Below, one piece after another: positions 33,397-46,560 of a stretch of 64,000 nt of DNA (position 1 is its first letter; each line of letters begins with the position of its first letter). The stretch comes from Macrostomum lignano (Eukaryota). The notes beneath the pieces were generated by a model. It did not search any database. It saw only the letters and a list, made by a program, of their open reading frames with translations, and had not been told where the DNA came from. The translations under genes and the position numbers were made by a program. The stretch lies in the NCBI GenBank assembly GCA_002269645.1, contig NIVC01001130.1:124001-188000 (forward strand), in the 5' to 3' direction.

Positions 33397-35130
33397 CTAG
33401 TTCTTTTCCTTCGCCGAAGACTTGTCGTCGGCGTCGGCAGCGGGCTCGGCAGCTGAGCCAGTCGCAGGCTGCTGCTGCTGCTCGGCAGGATAATAAGCAG
33501 CCATGCGGACGTGCCAGGCAACGGAGGTGACGGCGCTGATAGTGCGGAATTGGTGCACAACGCCGCGCGGTATGTAATAGATATCGTTGTCGCGAAGGTG
33601 CTGCCGGCTATAGCGGAATCCTTCGCGTCTTAGTAAATTCAATTCGGCGTCGTCTAGCCAGAGCTGGGGCGAGCACTGAGTCATTGGCGGCTCAAGGATG
33701 TCCAGCTGGAGCCGGATGATCAAGTCGGTGTAGTGGCGCGGATCGAACAGGATGGCGTCTTTGCACACCCGGCCGGGCTCGCCCAGGCCTGGCCGGCGGT
33801 TCTCCTCGGCGTGGACGCACTGCAGCATGCCGACGGCAGCGGTGGTGTGCCGGTCAAGACCGTCGTCGGCGTGATCGGCATGGGCGTGGGTCCGATCGGT
33901 GATCACCACCTGGCGTCGGCCGCGGGACCCGGTGCTGTACATCTGGGATAGGCTGTCTCTGCCGCTGCCGGAGCCGCGCTCTGAACCGCTGCACAGGGCC
34001 TGCAATTGAGGTGGATAATGTGAAAGCTGAACGTCTGGGAGTGTGGCTGCTCAGCCTGAGGATCTGGGAGGGTGGCGGACAAACTTAAGCGAATAGAAAT
34101 GAATGACATCTGGCTAGGAAAAGAATCACACGATTAAGCATCAAAGATGATAAATTAATCTAACCTGCTCGCCGGGCCTTGTCCACAAGATCGGGCCGTC
34201 ATTGGAGCTGCTAGGCTTGCTGCCAGCCAGATGGGACATTGGGCCCCAGGGCATGACGGGCGCCAGAAAGGGATTTGACTCAAGAGTAGCCAGCATGTCG
34301 TTCATTAGGCAGCCAGTCTCTTCACCTTTCGCACCAACCATGCTAACGGATTCCATCGAGCCGCTGCGAAATGTGCCGTGCGCGTAGTTGGCCCGAATTC
34401 GTTCCAAATAATCTGCGGCGGTTAACGATTCCACTTCGTTCTTTTTCTCTAGGTGACGCGATTTCACAGCGAGATTTGGCCGCTTCCGGCACAGTTCGGA
34501 TAGCAGATCCGGCAGGTCGTGAGCGGCGCCGTGAACCACTCCGACGCAATAGTTGCTGTGCATTCGGCCGGGCTTGCCGCGCTCTTTAACTAGTAGATTT
34601 CTTAGAAATAGGGTGGCAAATTTGGCCAGCTGGGCCCGGTCTAATCTGGCCAATTCGCCGGCGTAGGCGTGCAAAGCCAGCCCGCCGCCATTGGAATGCT
34701 TCTCAATGTACATTAGATCGATTAGTTTGCGGCGCGGCTGAGCAGTGAGCTGCATCATGTGCTGGTCGGGGCTGTGCCCATTCTTGGTTGCGTCATCTGC
34801 AGCGGCGGATGGAATGGCTGATGGCGGAGCGGTTGCTGGGGCCGGCTGAGACTCCTCGGAGTCTGGATGATGTCGATTATGCTTCTTTTTCTTCTTTGCC
34901 AAAGATTCTTCTGGTTGCCGATTTGCATCTAGTTCTCGTTTCAGCTGCTTGCCGCTGGGGCTGGTTTCGGCCTGTGGCTTTGCTGGCGACTCTTGCTCCA
35001 GCTGCTGCTTAGAGTCTGGCTCCAGCTTCATCTCCGATGGGGCCGGCTGCTCTATGGCGATGTGCTTTTGGCCACTGTCACAGTTGCCATTTGTGTTTGT
35101 GTCTGCTGGCTGATTTTCTGTTGCTGCCAT
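33397..35130 (-). CDS. RSBN1: RSBN1/RSBN1L-like lysine demethylase (KDM9), two coding exons, ~522 aa
   Basis: Exons 34165-35130 and 33397-33999 (phase 0). Diagnostic blocks NGGGLALHAY, GVVHGAA..LPD, PWG...S.DGPILWTRPGEQ, DRTHAHADH, LQLDILEPPMTQC, DNDIYYIPRGVVHQFRTISAVTSVAWH match RSBN1. Confidence 0.92.
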
Positions 35131-35769
35131 TCAGGCGTGGCCATAAAATGTCATTTAATATCTGTTTCAGATGAATTCTAGCAGTACTTCCTAAGTTAAA
35201 GCACTTTCCTGTCAGTAATTTATGAAAAAGTAATGACAGCAGGACATGCCTTATTTTAAAGCAGACATTGCTTATAATTTTTTTTATAATTTTAGTCATG
35301 TCATTATAGCATTAACAATTTCAGACTCAATTTTAGCATAGACAATTTTTCACATTGTAAGCATGGTATATCTATGCTAAACCCTCTGCATTGTATCTAA
35401 GAAATACATTTTTAGATATGTAAAATGTATACATATTTTAAGGTTTAAAGGTTTTTAAAGGTTTAAAGGCTTTTTTTACTGTATTGGCATTACATAAGAA
35501 ATAAAATATTAGATTGAAATAAGCTCAAATATATGCATATGTATGATTCAAGCAGACAAGGCTCTGTTTTTAGCTAAGTACTAATATTGCTCATTGTATT
35601 GTTTACTCTACTATTCACTTCACTATTCACTCCCACTGCTCAACTGCTATATTGTTGACTCTATTATTCACTCCATTTTTTATTCTATAGTTCACTCTAT
35701 ATTAATTTACACTTTACTCTACTATTCATTTGCTAACAAGTATCCTAAACCCCTAGATAATAGTTTGGA

Positions 35770-35805
35770 CTAGCAATCTAGTGCGGCCCCCTTCGGGGTG
35801 CCCAA
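35770..35805 (-). mobile_element. Possible Helitron 3' end
   Basis: Minus strand GGCACCCCGAAGGGGGCC hairpin, then ~12 nt and a CTAG terminus followed by T. The 5' TC end was not located. Confidence 0.45.
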
Positions 35806-36049
35806 TAAGAAAGGAGCAAAAATAGTTCATAGAAAACAACAAAAAAGCACATTTTCTTAAACACCAATTCCTTCTTCACTTTTAAAAATCACCTTAGCTT
35901 GTATTCGGGTAAAATTGTCACGGACAAAGATGTTTAAAAAGTGAAAGAATCACTTTTTCTCTAAAATTAACAAACAGACAACAAAATATAGCTTCCCCTA
36001 CATGTAAATAGAAAATATTCCCAAGACAGCAAGCACCCCCCTCCAAAAG

Positions 36050-36370
36050 TAAACAACCGCAGATAGCAAGCATCCTCTAATGCTCATAGCAAACATCACC
36101 CCAGATAGCAAGCATCTGCAGATAGCAAGCATCCCCCAGATAGAAGCATCCACCCAGATAGCAAGCATCCTGCAGATAGCAAGCATCCCCCAGATATTAT
36201 TGAAGCATCCACCCAAATAGCAAGCATCCTGCAGATAGCAAGAATCCCTAAATAACAAGCATCCCTGGATAGAAAGAATCCCATACATGTAGCCAGTACC
36301 CCCACTCCTAAATAGCAAGCCTCCCCCCTTGAGAGCAAGCATCCTCCAGATAGCAAGCATCTGCAAGACA
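36050..36370. repeat. Degenerate GATAGCAAGCATCC repeat array
   Basis: Recurrent 14-15 nt core. Confidence 0.85.
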
Positions 36371-36479
36371 GCAAGTAGCTAGTGCAAATGTTACCTCCGC
36401 TAATGCAATAATCGCTTTCTCAGGTTGTGCAACAATCCACATCTCAGTGAGCGCAATAATCTCTTTTTTAGACAGCGCA

Positions 36480-36745
36480 ATAATCAGCTTCTCAGCTAGT
36501 GCAATAATCATTTACTCATCAAGTCCAAAAATGGATGTCTCAGCTAGTGCAATAATCCTTTACTCATCAAGTCCAAAAATGGATGTCTCAGCTAGTGCAA
36601 TAATCCTTTACTCATCAAGTCCAAAAATGGATGTCTCAGCTAGTGCAATAATCCTTTACTCATCAAGTCCAAAAATGGATGTCTCAGCTAGTGCAATAAT
36701 CCTTTACTCATCAAGTCCAAAAATGGATGTCTCAGCTAGTGCAAT
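36480..36745. repeat. 48-bp minisatellite
   Basis: Unit TCAGCTAGTGCAATAATCCTTTACTCATCAAGTCCAAAAATGGATGTC, ~5.5 copies. Confidence 0.95.
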
Positions 36746-36799
36746 AGCCCTTTCTAATCGCTTAGAAACACTCGATAAAATAGCTTATCGAGTGCAATA

Positions 36800-37320
36800 A
36801 TCCTTGGTTTATCAAAAGCAATATTCTTTAATATCAAGTGCAATAATTGATGGCTTATCAAGTGCAATAATCCTTGGTTTATCAAGCGTTGTAATCTTTG
36901 GCTTATCAAGTGCAATAATTTTTGGTTTATCAAGCGCAGTAATCTTTAGCTTATCAAGTGCACTAATCTTTGGTGTATCAAATGCAATAATCTTTGGCTT
37001 ATCAAGTGCAATAATCATTGGCTTATCAAGTGCAATAATCCTTGGTTTATCAAGCGCAGTAATCTTTGGCTTATCAAGTGCAATAATGATTGGCTTATCA
37101 AGTGCAATATTCATTGGCTTATCAAGTGCAATAATCCTTGGTTTATCAAGTGCAAAAATCCTTATAGTAATCCTTGGTTTATCAAGTGCAATAACCCTTG
37201 GTTTATCTAGTGCAATAATCCTTGGCTTATCAAGTGCAATAATCCTTGGTTTATCAAGCGCAGTAATCCTTGGGTTATCAAGCGCAGTAATCCTTGCTTT
37301 ATCAAGTGCAATAATCCAAT
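36800..37320. repeat. 24-bp minisatellite
   Basis: Unit GGCTTATCAAGTGCAATAATCTTT; explains ORFs 36804-37322 and 36812-37327. Confidence 0.95.
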
Positions 37321-39232
37321 AAGCCAATACAACAAATTTGTCATTTTACACAATGTATCTATTGTCATTATTGTTAGGATATACTTTGATATATACTGAA
37401 AAATGGTAAGACCTTTGTTGTATGCTGGGAAATCTTGACATACATGTCACCTTCCAAACTATGGCCTTAGACAACCTTATGACATGTATGAGTCACTAAG
37501 TCAATGAGTGATTTTATAATATAAATATACAATGCCAAATTTATATTAAATTAGTAATTGCTATGACTATATCTAAAAGAATGGAGCCCCCTTTTTGGAG
37601 ATGGCAACATTCTATTTATTGTTAAACTTTAAAACAATGGTACAATGTGTGCTTAAATAGTAGACATGCCTAATAAGCTGAGCTCTAATATTATAGACAT
37701 GGTTGCTATTTCTTAAAGTACTCCATAAATTTAAATAGGTTCTTACTTGTCTTTTATCTATTGAAATTATAGTGTTATTTGAGATTGTTTATGTTATGGA
37801 ATATTGTTATGGAATTGTATGTTATGGAATATGGAGTATGTTAAGGCCTATAGAAAATTGTTATAGAATATTATAGAATATAACTTTTCACTTTAAATAT
37901 ATTATAGTAGGCATTTATTAAATCCACTACATACCATAACATTTGTGTACTATCATCATAACATGACATCATAGTCCCAAAAGTGACCTAGAAAATTTGG
38001 CATTCCTTCAGTTTATGATCACCTTCTATTTTGCCACTTTTGGTTTATGATCACCTTCTATTTTGCCACTTTTGGTTTATGATCACCTTCTATTTTGCTA
38101 CTTTTAGTTTATAATAATCACCTTATATTTTGCTCAATTGTAGCATGAAAATGGTGTGTTCAAAACAAAAAAACCAAAAATAGGCTTACACAAAGTTAAA
38201 AGTGTGGTTTGTTAGATAATGCTTAGGCCTTATATATCAGCTTTGGTATACAATCATTTGAATATGTAATGCAAAAGAAATGATTGTGAACTGAAGCTAG
38301 GTTAAAATGAATATTATATGTAATGCACATGCACTTAAGATAGGCCTATAGGCTTAATATTATTATACGAGCTTTCATTTGCGATCGTTTTAGTGGAGTG
38401 CATATGTGGAAATGATTGTAAGCCAAAGGTGAGGGGGGATATGAAGGTGAGAAGGGATTTCAATGCCCTTGATCTGGAATAAGCAGTGGTTTTCTGCATG
38501 TGACTATTTGTCATATTTGACATGCTTTTCTATAGCTAGCTTGGGTTTTGGGTTCACAATCATTTCAATGGGCAATATCCTACCCCCCCTAATATCAATT
38601 TGGGTAATCGTAAACCAAATGTGATATATATCAGGCTGCCAGCTCAAACTTGACAGTTATAATTATTTGATAGGCTTTCCTACAGCCAGCTTCAGTTCAC
38701 AATCATTTTAATGTTAATGGGCAACATACATTTGGCGATTTGGGTGATCATAGGGGCCTAAAACAAAGGTGAAATATAAGCTACAACAGTTTTTACCATA
38801 TTTTGAAATAAACAAAGTCAGTTTGCCAACTTTTGATTTTGTTTGATTGGAAACCACCATCAGGTTTTATGTCTTACAACTGTTTTTAGTGGTGATAGTC
38901 ACAGTTTGAGGCGATCGTCACTGTTTAAGGTGATTGTTAACCAAAGGAATGCCAAAAATTCTTAGGGCCTAAAATATACATTGCCAATATAATTGAGTTG
39001 AGATTGAGACACAACTATACAGCACTGTTTATATTTTGAAACAAGTTTGTATTAGCCTAATTTCTAAAGAATAGCATGCGCCAGCTGGCAGGGCATGAGG
39101 CATATTATACTTTATGTCGATTAGTAATTGTTACAATTGTTTAATTATATTATTTATTATCAATTATCATAAACTATGTAGCACCGGCAGACGAATAGCC
39201 CAGCAGGCGAATAGAACAACAGGCCTATCTCT

Positions 39233-39492
39233 GGACCTTTTCATATTATTAATTCCAGAACCAGAATCGGTTCGGAATTCCAAGAAAAACAGCAGTATAA
39301 CTATTAAACTCTGTTAATATTTGACTGCCTTAACAACCTAACTTAGCACAATTTTTCACTTTCTTCTTGGCGATTGTCATTCAATAATAAAAACTTTATA
39401 GCACGTATTTCCCTCTAGTTATGGAGACAAAAAGTTATACTTCACAAATTGGTTCTGGTTCTGGAACCAGAGCAAGCAATATGAAAAGGCCC
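39233..39492. mobile_element. PIF/Harbinger (Tourist-like) MITE, copy 1
   Basis: TIR GG(A/G)CCTTTTCATATT...AATATGAAAAGGCCC; 3-bp TSD TCT. Confidence 0.85.
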
Positions 39493-39539
39493 TCTAAATC
39501 TAAATGTCTAAAAACGGTTACCGCTAGCTTTAAGTCTTC

Positions 39540-39798
39540 GGGCCTTTTCATATTGCTTGCTCTGGTTCCAGAACCAGAACCAATTTGTGAAGTATAACTT
39601 TTTGTCTCCATAACTAGAGGGAGATACGTGCTATAAAGTTTTTATTATTGAATGACAATCGCCAAGAAAAAAGTGAAAATTGTGCTAAGTTAGGTTGTTA
39701 AGGCAGTCAAATATTAACAGAGTTTAATAGTTATACTGCTGTTTTTCTTGGAATTCCGAACCGATTCTGGTTCTGGAATTTGTAATATGAAAAGGCCC
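39540..39798. mobile_element. PIF/Harbinger (Tourist-like) MITE, copy 2, inverted relative to copy 1
   Basis: TIR GGGCCTTTTCATATT...AATATGAAAAGGCCC; 3-bp TSD TTC; near-perfect reverse complement of copy 1. Confidence 0.88.
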
Positions 39799-40068
39799 TT
39801 CGTAAGAATATTAACTATTTAAATAATTATTTATTAGATTTTTTAAAGAAAAGGTAAACCGTTATTTTTAATTAATAAAAAATTAGGAACTAAATTTATT
39901 TGTTAATAAAAGGTAAACTTTTCGTTTTTATTTATTTTTTGTTTTTTTAAACAGTTTTTTGCATACTCATAAAAAATAAAAAGCAATATTAAATCATATG
40001 TTTCTAAGAAATGCCTAATTTGCTGGCCCGCCTGGCGGCCTGTCTGAAGTTTGAACTAAGTATGGGAT

Positions 40069-40483
40069 CAGTGGCGGCGCAGGGGGGGGGGGCGGGGGGG
40101 GGGCGGGCTGCCCCCGGGTGACCACCCCTCACCACCCTCAGGGGTGACCACCCCCAGGGGGTGACCACCCACTTAAAAAAAATTGGTACTTTCGTCTTTA
40201 CCATATTTTTTCAAAAGTGTGGTCACCCCATGGGGCATCGCATGGGGGTGGTCACCTGAGACCTCAGGGGGGTGGTCACCCGGTAGGGCCTGTAGGCTGT
40301 AAGGGTGGTCACCCTTTGAGGGCGAACCGCGAACTGGGCCTGGGCGATAACGAATCCTAACGATTTTGGAAAGCTTTTTTTTTCTTTTTTTGATAATTTT
40401 TTCTGGGGGTGACCACCCAGCCGGGGGGGGGGGGTGACCACCCAACCACCGTCCCCCCAGCTGGAGGTCCTGCGCCGCCACTG
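40069..40483. mobile_element. hAT-type MITE (415 bp)
   Basis: TIR CAGTGGCGGCGCAGG...CCTGCGCCGCCACTG; perfect 8-bp TSD TATGGGAT; many subterminal GGTGACCACC motifs in both orientations. Confidence 0.92.
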
Positions 40484-41036
40484 TATGGGATTATGTTATA
40501 TTTTTATGGTATTATAATATTCGGCTTAAATATGTTTTTATAGAGGAGGAAAGTCAGTATAATATGCGCAATCTCCTAAATGCACTGCTGCTATAAAAAA
40601 ATATAGTGATAGTGCTGTACTGCTGTAGGCCTAGTCGTGTAACTCTACTGTCTCTACAATACAAATGAATTTTTAATTGCAGCTAACACACTAACAGGAC
40701 TGTATGAAATAAAGTAAAGCTAGAACTATCGTTTTATACAAATATTATTTTGTAAAGATAAATATACTATATTTATATTTATATGTACTTGAACTTCTGT
40801 ATAAATTAAATGTACAATTGAATTAGGCCCTATACTAGGCCTATATAATGTATGACTTATTAGGCCCTATGGTCTAAAAAATGACAAATGAATTGTACTA
40901 TGTAGAATAGTTGTAATGTACCATTAGGGCTAGAATTCCTAAATAAAATGCCCTGTTTACTCTTTACTAATAGAAAATAACAATTTTTGTTCTCTTAAGC
41001 CAAGGTAGTATAGTATCAATCTTGACTTTCAAATCT

Positions 41037-41831
41037 GGTACCGACTAATCTGCAGAAACGGATGCAGATATAGAATGGATTCACATACTAAAAATGTAGA
41101 TACAGATCATGGATGTGGATTACTATTTTGTGGAATCAATGTAGATATAAATAGCAAATGCAAAAAATCTCCAGATTTAGTTCTGTCAAAAATTGATTTC
41201 TATTCTGCTTTATATCTGGTTCTATTTAATTTTTAGATACATTTTTCTTATTTAAATTTGAATAATGATATTGATAGATAATTGTTGTCTCCATTTTCAA
41301 AAAACAAATCACAACCATAATAAAGAAATCATCAAGAGATTTACATGTACTTTACAGAATTGGCACAGGTACATTAAGACAATAAACTAGTCAATCTAGA
41401 CTTGAACTATCTGGTTGAACTATTTAGAATATTGTGGTCTCTGGAAGTACACATGTTATATAATATACATTTTTCTATTAGGGCCTATATCTAGCAACAA
41501 AAATAACTTTAATTAATCAAATTTCTTATTTTCTACTATCAGTAGCATATCTTGGAGCAGTTTAATTTTTGAAAACAGAGAAAAAGATTTTCCCTCATCA
41601 TTTTACAATAAATTTAAATGAGAACAATTTATCTGAAAATAGGGCCTAAGTAGAAATAGAAATAAAGTATAATATAATTCCATGTTATAACAGAACTAAA
41701 TCTAGAGATTTTCTGTATCTGCTATTTATATCCACATTGAGTCTGCCAAATAGTAATCTGCATCCATATCTGCATTTTAGTATATGAATTTATTCTATAT
41801 CCACATCCATTTCTACAATTTAGTTTGTACC
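41037..41831. mobile_element. Old fold-back/MITE with degenerate ~150-bp TIRs
   Basis: 41037-~41190 (GGTACCGACTAATCTGCAG...) is a diverged reverse complement of ~41688-41831 (...TTAGTTTGTACC). No clear TSD. Confidence 0.6.
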
Positions 41832-44800
41832 ATAAAGTCTTATTGTATATAACTTATAAGTTATTTTCTATTTTTACTTAAAGTTAAATAGCACTGCAAT
41901 GGAAATATTAATTTAAAAAATTATAGGTATTTAACTCATATATGCCCAACTTCAAAATTTCATATAGCTTTGCAATTTACATTTTTTACAAAAAATGCAA
42001 TTTATCTATGAAAGAAATTCTAAAGTCCAAATTAAAATAGCTTTAGCTTAGGCAAATAAATAGCTGGAAAACAGCCTATCTATATGTCTATATTATTAAG
42101 GCAAAATGCATATTAGTTAATTACTTATTGTACTATTTTTATATTTTTAGGTTAGCAGTTTTGCAACTCACTTGGCTAGACTAGGCCCTAGACTACCATA
42201 CTTTGGATCATGTAGTATACTGAGGTGGGGTGGATTAAAAGAAAGATAATAAAAGAAAGATTATTTTATGGTTAGGTGATTTTAACTTTGAATTGCCACC
42301 TTTGTTATCTTGGCATTTGTAAAGCTGGAAAATTTGCAATTTTGTTGCAGAAGTTTTCTCCTTATGTACTCTGACTGCTGGGGTACTCAATTCCAGGGGG
42401 AAGGTAGTCGTAATTGTAGACGAGAGGTCGTTTAGCAGGCACGGTTGTTCAAATGGTAGACACCAAGGCTTGACACCATAAATTCAATGTACATTGATTT
42501 GCTCAGTAGCTTACTAACAGTAGAGTAGTGCTGCCACTACCATAATTCTTATATTATGGAACATAGAGATCTCAGAGCTTTTTTGGAGTTGAGATAAATT
42601 AGTAGTTTTATGCCCCATAGGCAAATGACTCAAGATAAACTATCAGGGCTTCAATTAATAAATGAAGATAAATGTGTCAGTTATAGTTATTATTGGTTAA
42701 TTATTTTTTATGATGACAGATTAACAGAGTTATTATAAATTCATGAAGCTTAATATTGCTGAGCCGCTACTAGAGATTAATATCTAGCATGCCAGGGTGC
42801 TAGATAATGAATTAAATGAGTATCAGGGGTCTTAGACTAGTAACTCATAGACAAAAGGAAGGAAGAAAGGCATAAGGAGGAAGGAGCATAAAGAAAATTA
42901 GACACCATTTTAGAGTTAAAATAGTCATGCAAAAAGGGGCGACACTCCAGTTGGGACACACTTTGGTTCCAAAAATGAGACAAAGCCAGGAGCCACAAAT
43001 GGTGCGCAAAATGAGCAAAAACAAACAAAACTTAATAACTAGGCAAAATAAAAATCCTACAAGAGGAGGCAACAAAGGGGCCACAATGGGGAAAAGAACA
43101 AGCCACAAAAGGGCGCAATGGGAGGGCCAACATAGGGAGCAAACCCGGGGGTGAGAGATGACAAAACATGTCATAAGGGCACCTCATAGTAGATAGAAGG
43201 GACCAAACCTAGGAGAAAATAAAAAAGCACAGTAGTAGCCCTAACTACTATTCATACATGCATAGGGTAGTCAACAAAAATAAAAATAAAACAAAATAAA
43301 ATTTGCCTGGGCAAGCTCACTCCTCAAGGGTTCAAAAGTGTCTGGAGGCTTGTCCACCTTGGTGGGCTGGGTGTCCACACTGGTCTCTGGCCGCGGCATC
43401 TTTGTAGGGGTCCTTGAGTGCGCCAAGCTGCTGGCCACGTAGGCTTGCTGGAAGAGCTGCTCCAGAGCTAGCCCGCCAACAGCCACATGGTCAATGGCCA
43501 GGCCCAGTAGGCTACACACCAGGCTGGTCTGTGGGCTGGTGGTCTTGCGGAGCCAGTTGCCAACAACCTCAGCCACTATGTTGAGAGCGCACTGGGTGGC
43601 TAAGGCACTATAGTGGTGAGCCAATAGTGAGGGGAGTGGGCTTGCTGGGCCCTTGGGCAACCTGGGACTCTTGGCTTAAGTCATTAGTCCAGGCCATCAG
43701 TGGCATTGGGGGTGTGACATGTTGGTCCGGCTCTAGCAAGTGCACTGACTCCGGCTTTGGCATAATTTGGGTGGCACTAACCATGTCAATGTATCCATCT
43801 ACCCATGCAAACGGGCTGTTAGCCGGTGCCATTGGTCCGTTGATGTCAGACTCTAGGGCCTCAAGTGGCCCATTCATCAGATCTAACAGCATGGGCGCAG
43901 ACGGCAATAGTGCAGCCAAGGGAAGCCATGGATCATGCTCCTGCTGACTGCTTCACTTGGAAAAAAGTCATCCATGCTGCGTGTTGCTCTCAGGGTGGTT
44001 ACAAATCAACAGGGTGCAAAAAAGGATGCTTTGGAAAATTACAAAAAATTTGATGCAAGTTGCAACTGATTGAGCAAGAGGTTCACAAAATTACAGAGCC
44101 AAGCATGGGGCCTATTTACTTAAATACAAAAATTAGTGAGCCAACTGCCAGTCAAATAGGACCAAATACAGAAAATGGACACCCGCGTGCATATATTCTA
44201 CTGAGGGCTTGCTTGGCAGGGGTGGGTGAGTGAAATCAAGGAGCAATAAAAATGATAACCATGTGGCAGGGGGTCTGGAGTCACCTAGCCCCGAGCTAAG
44301 GTTGCATTTGATTGAAAATGGGGGCATCCAAATGGCTTACATTAAATGGGTTAGCAAAGAAAAGGGGCATTTCGCATAAACACAGGTTTAGATAATAATA
44401 ATTTAGTAAGAGGGCAGTTTGGCAGGCTCCTCCTTACTAAAGTTACAATAGCAAAATAGATAATGGGTTAGTGGCCAAAATAAGAAATATTAAGCATAGA
44501 ATTCTAGATATTAACCTGGAAGTGAAGGCTTTTTTAGGTATACACAACTGGGCCAAGATAGAATTGCTTAATTATATTGTTCTGAATGGCCAATTTGATT
44601 TTTAAAAAATTTCTTTCAATTGATTTTTGCATAAATTGTTCGCTTTATCAGATTTTGCAGTAATTAAAACCAAAAGTCAGTCCTATATGCATTGTAAATT
44701 AAAATATCAGTATTCACTGAAAGCATTCAATTTGCTGAATTGAGAATTATATCCCGAAACAACAGAAAATGGCATGAAAAATTCATATTGGAAAACTCAC

Positions 44801-45034
44801 GGTTACTTGATTGTTCATTAATTAAACTTGGCTACTTTTTGACCAGACCAGCTTCTGTTGATGCAGTCAGGCAACTGGTCAAATTTTTTACAGCAGTATT
44901 GAATATCTTCCAGAACAGTGGCTGCAAAATTTGGTGCTGGAACTCACAGTGTGTTTGGAAGCATAGATTTGGAAGGCACTCCAAGACAACTGAACTTATT
45001 GCTTCAAATAGAGCAACATGTCGATGCTAAGAAT

Positions 45035-46560
45035 TCAAAAACTGCTGGCAGGTCTGTAACTGAGAGATGATCCCCAGGCTGCCTTGCAGGTGGAAAAAGC
45101 AAGCTCTAAAGGTTCAGTCAACCTGCCACAATTTATTTGTTGCATAAAAGTGGATGATCCATTGATTGCTGCATCTGTTGGAACAGACAATAGCAGCTCA
45201 TTGCATGGATGTACCACTTTTTTGAGCAGTGATGGCTCTAACAAACCTGCCTGCGACATAGTAGACAACATTAGTGCATCTGTATCTTCAATTGGTTCAC
45301 CCAGGGTCAGCTGACTGGCAATCTCTTCAGCCTCCATCGCCTGACCACGACTCTCAACGCTTGCATTGGCAGACAGGGCTTGGATGGCCAGTGGCTGGAC
45401 ACTGTTGAACTGCAATAACAATACTGATTGGATAGCTTTCTCAGCATCTAGAACGTCCTTGCAAGACACATAGTAGTTTAATCCTTTGCGGTGCCAATAC
45501 CACCCAAATTGTCCTTCTAGTGGATCCGATTGCAGGGCTCCAAGGAGGACATACTGAAACATCAGATTGGAAAGCAGGTACCAAGACACCTCAACCATGG
45601 CTTTGCAAAGCAGAGAGTGTGGCTTAGGGCCAGAAATGTTTTGTCACTCAGGCCTCGGCTCTTGCTTTCTTTCCACTTCCAAGTATAGTCTAGGACGTCA
45701 GACAAATATTCTAGCTTCCAATTGGTGTCCAACATAATGGGATCTCTGCTGCAATTCCTTTTGAGCTTGCCGATTGTCATTGTTTTTACATTTAACACTT
45801 GCTAGAGCTGCGTGACCACCATAACAAAAGTTGCAGTGTTGTTCCACTGCTGGCCCTGGTGTCTGGTATAGTACAGCAATGCACTAGCAGTAGACTCCAA
45901 AAATATGGCTAGTGAAATTTTGGTTTGGTCTTCTGGATACTGTTTGGATCCATGACGCTTGAGTTAAGCTTTGGTGCTAGCTTTAGTGGCTTCTTTTCCA
46001 ATTCAAACAGCTCTCGATACTCCCAAATTTAGCTACAATGAAAGTCGCCATGGTCCCTTAGATTCAGTTGGTTGACAAAGAACTGGCTCTCCAGGATGGG
46101 AAGGTCAAGAATTTTCCTTTTTTGAAAGTTGTTATAGATGTTTTTAATTGTGTGAGTTGGATCGAATAGCAAAAATATCTTCTTATCCACATTGTAAGGA
46201 TGAGTAATCCACATTTGGAGAATGCCGCCACAAAGCTTGTGGATGAAAAAAGCTCGATTAGCCAAATGGTTGTTGACTAAGATAGTGACAATGTTGAGAT
46301 TGGTGCGCTGAAGCATTTCCATGATGCTCTGGTAATGCGCATGCAGAATGTCTGTTGTCAGCTTGCTTAGAGGAAAGAGCATGACAATGTCACGGAACTT
46401 GCCAGCAATCGACTTCACCATGAAGCAGAGCATACGGCGCTGTTTTACTCTCCTGCATGCCGGCGATATTTCTAGCAGAATATTCAATTCTTCTGTTAAG
46501 ATGAATTTCGTCGAAAATTCAATTTATGTTGGATTCCATGATCGGGAGATCTTGAGCTCT
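45035..46560 (-). pseudogene. Decayed P-element/THAP9-like transposase
   Basis: MLCFMVKSIAGKFRDIVMLFPL, IFLLFDPTHTIKNIYNNF and LLGALQSDPLEGQFGWY...NYYVS..DVLDAEK match P-element transposase blocks; broken by stops and frameshifts. Confidence 0.82.

Noticed and set aside
33733-35181. Plus-strand and alternate-frame ORFs over RSBN1 (similarly over NDST, FOLR and ART exons)
   Set aside because: Shadow ORFs of GC-rich coding exons.
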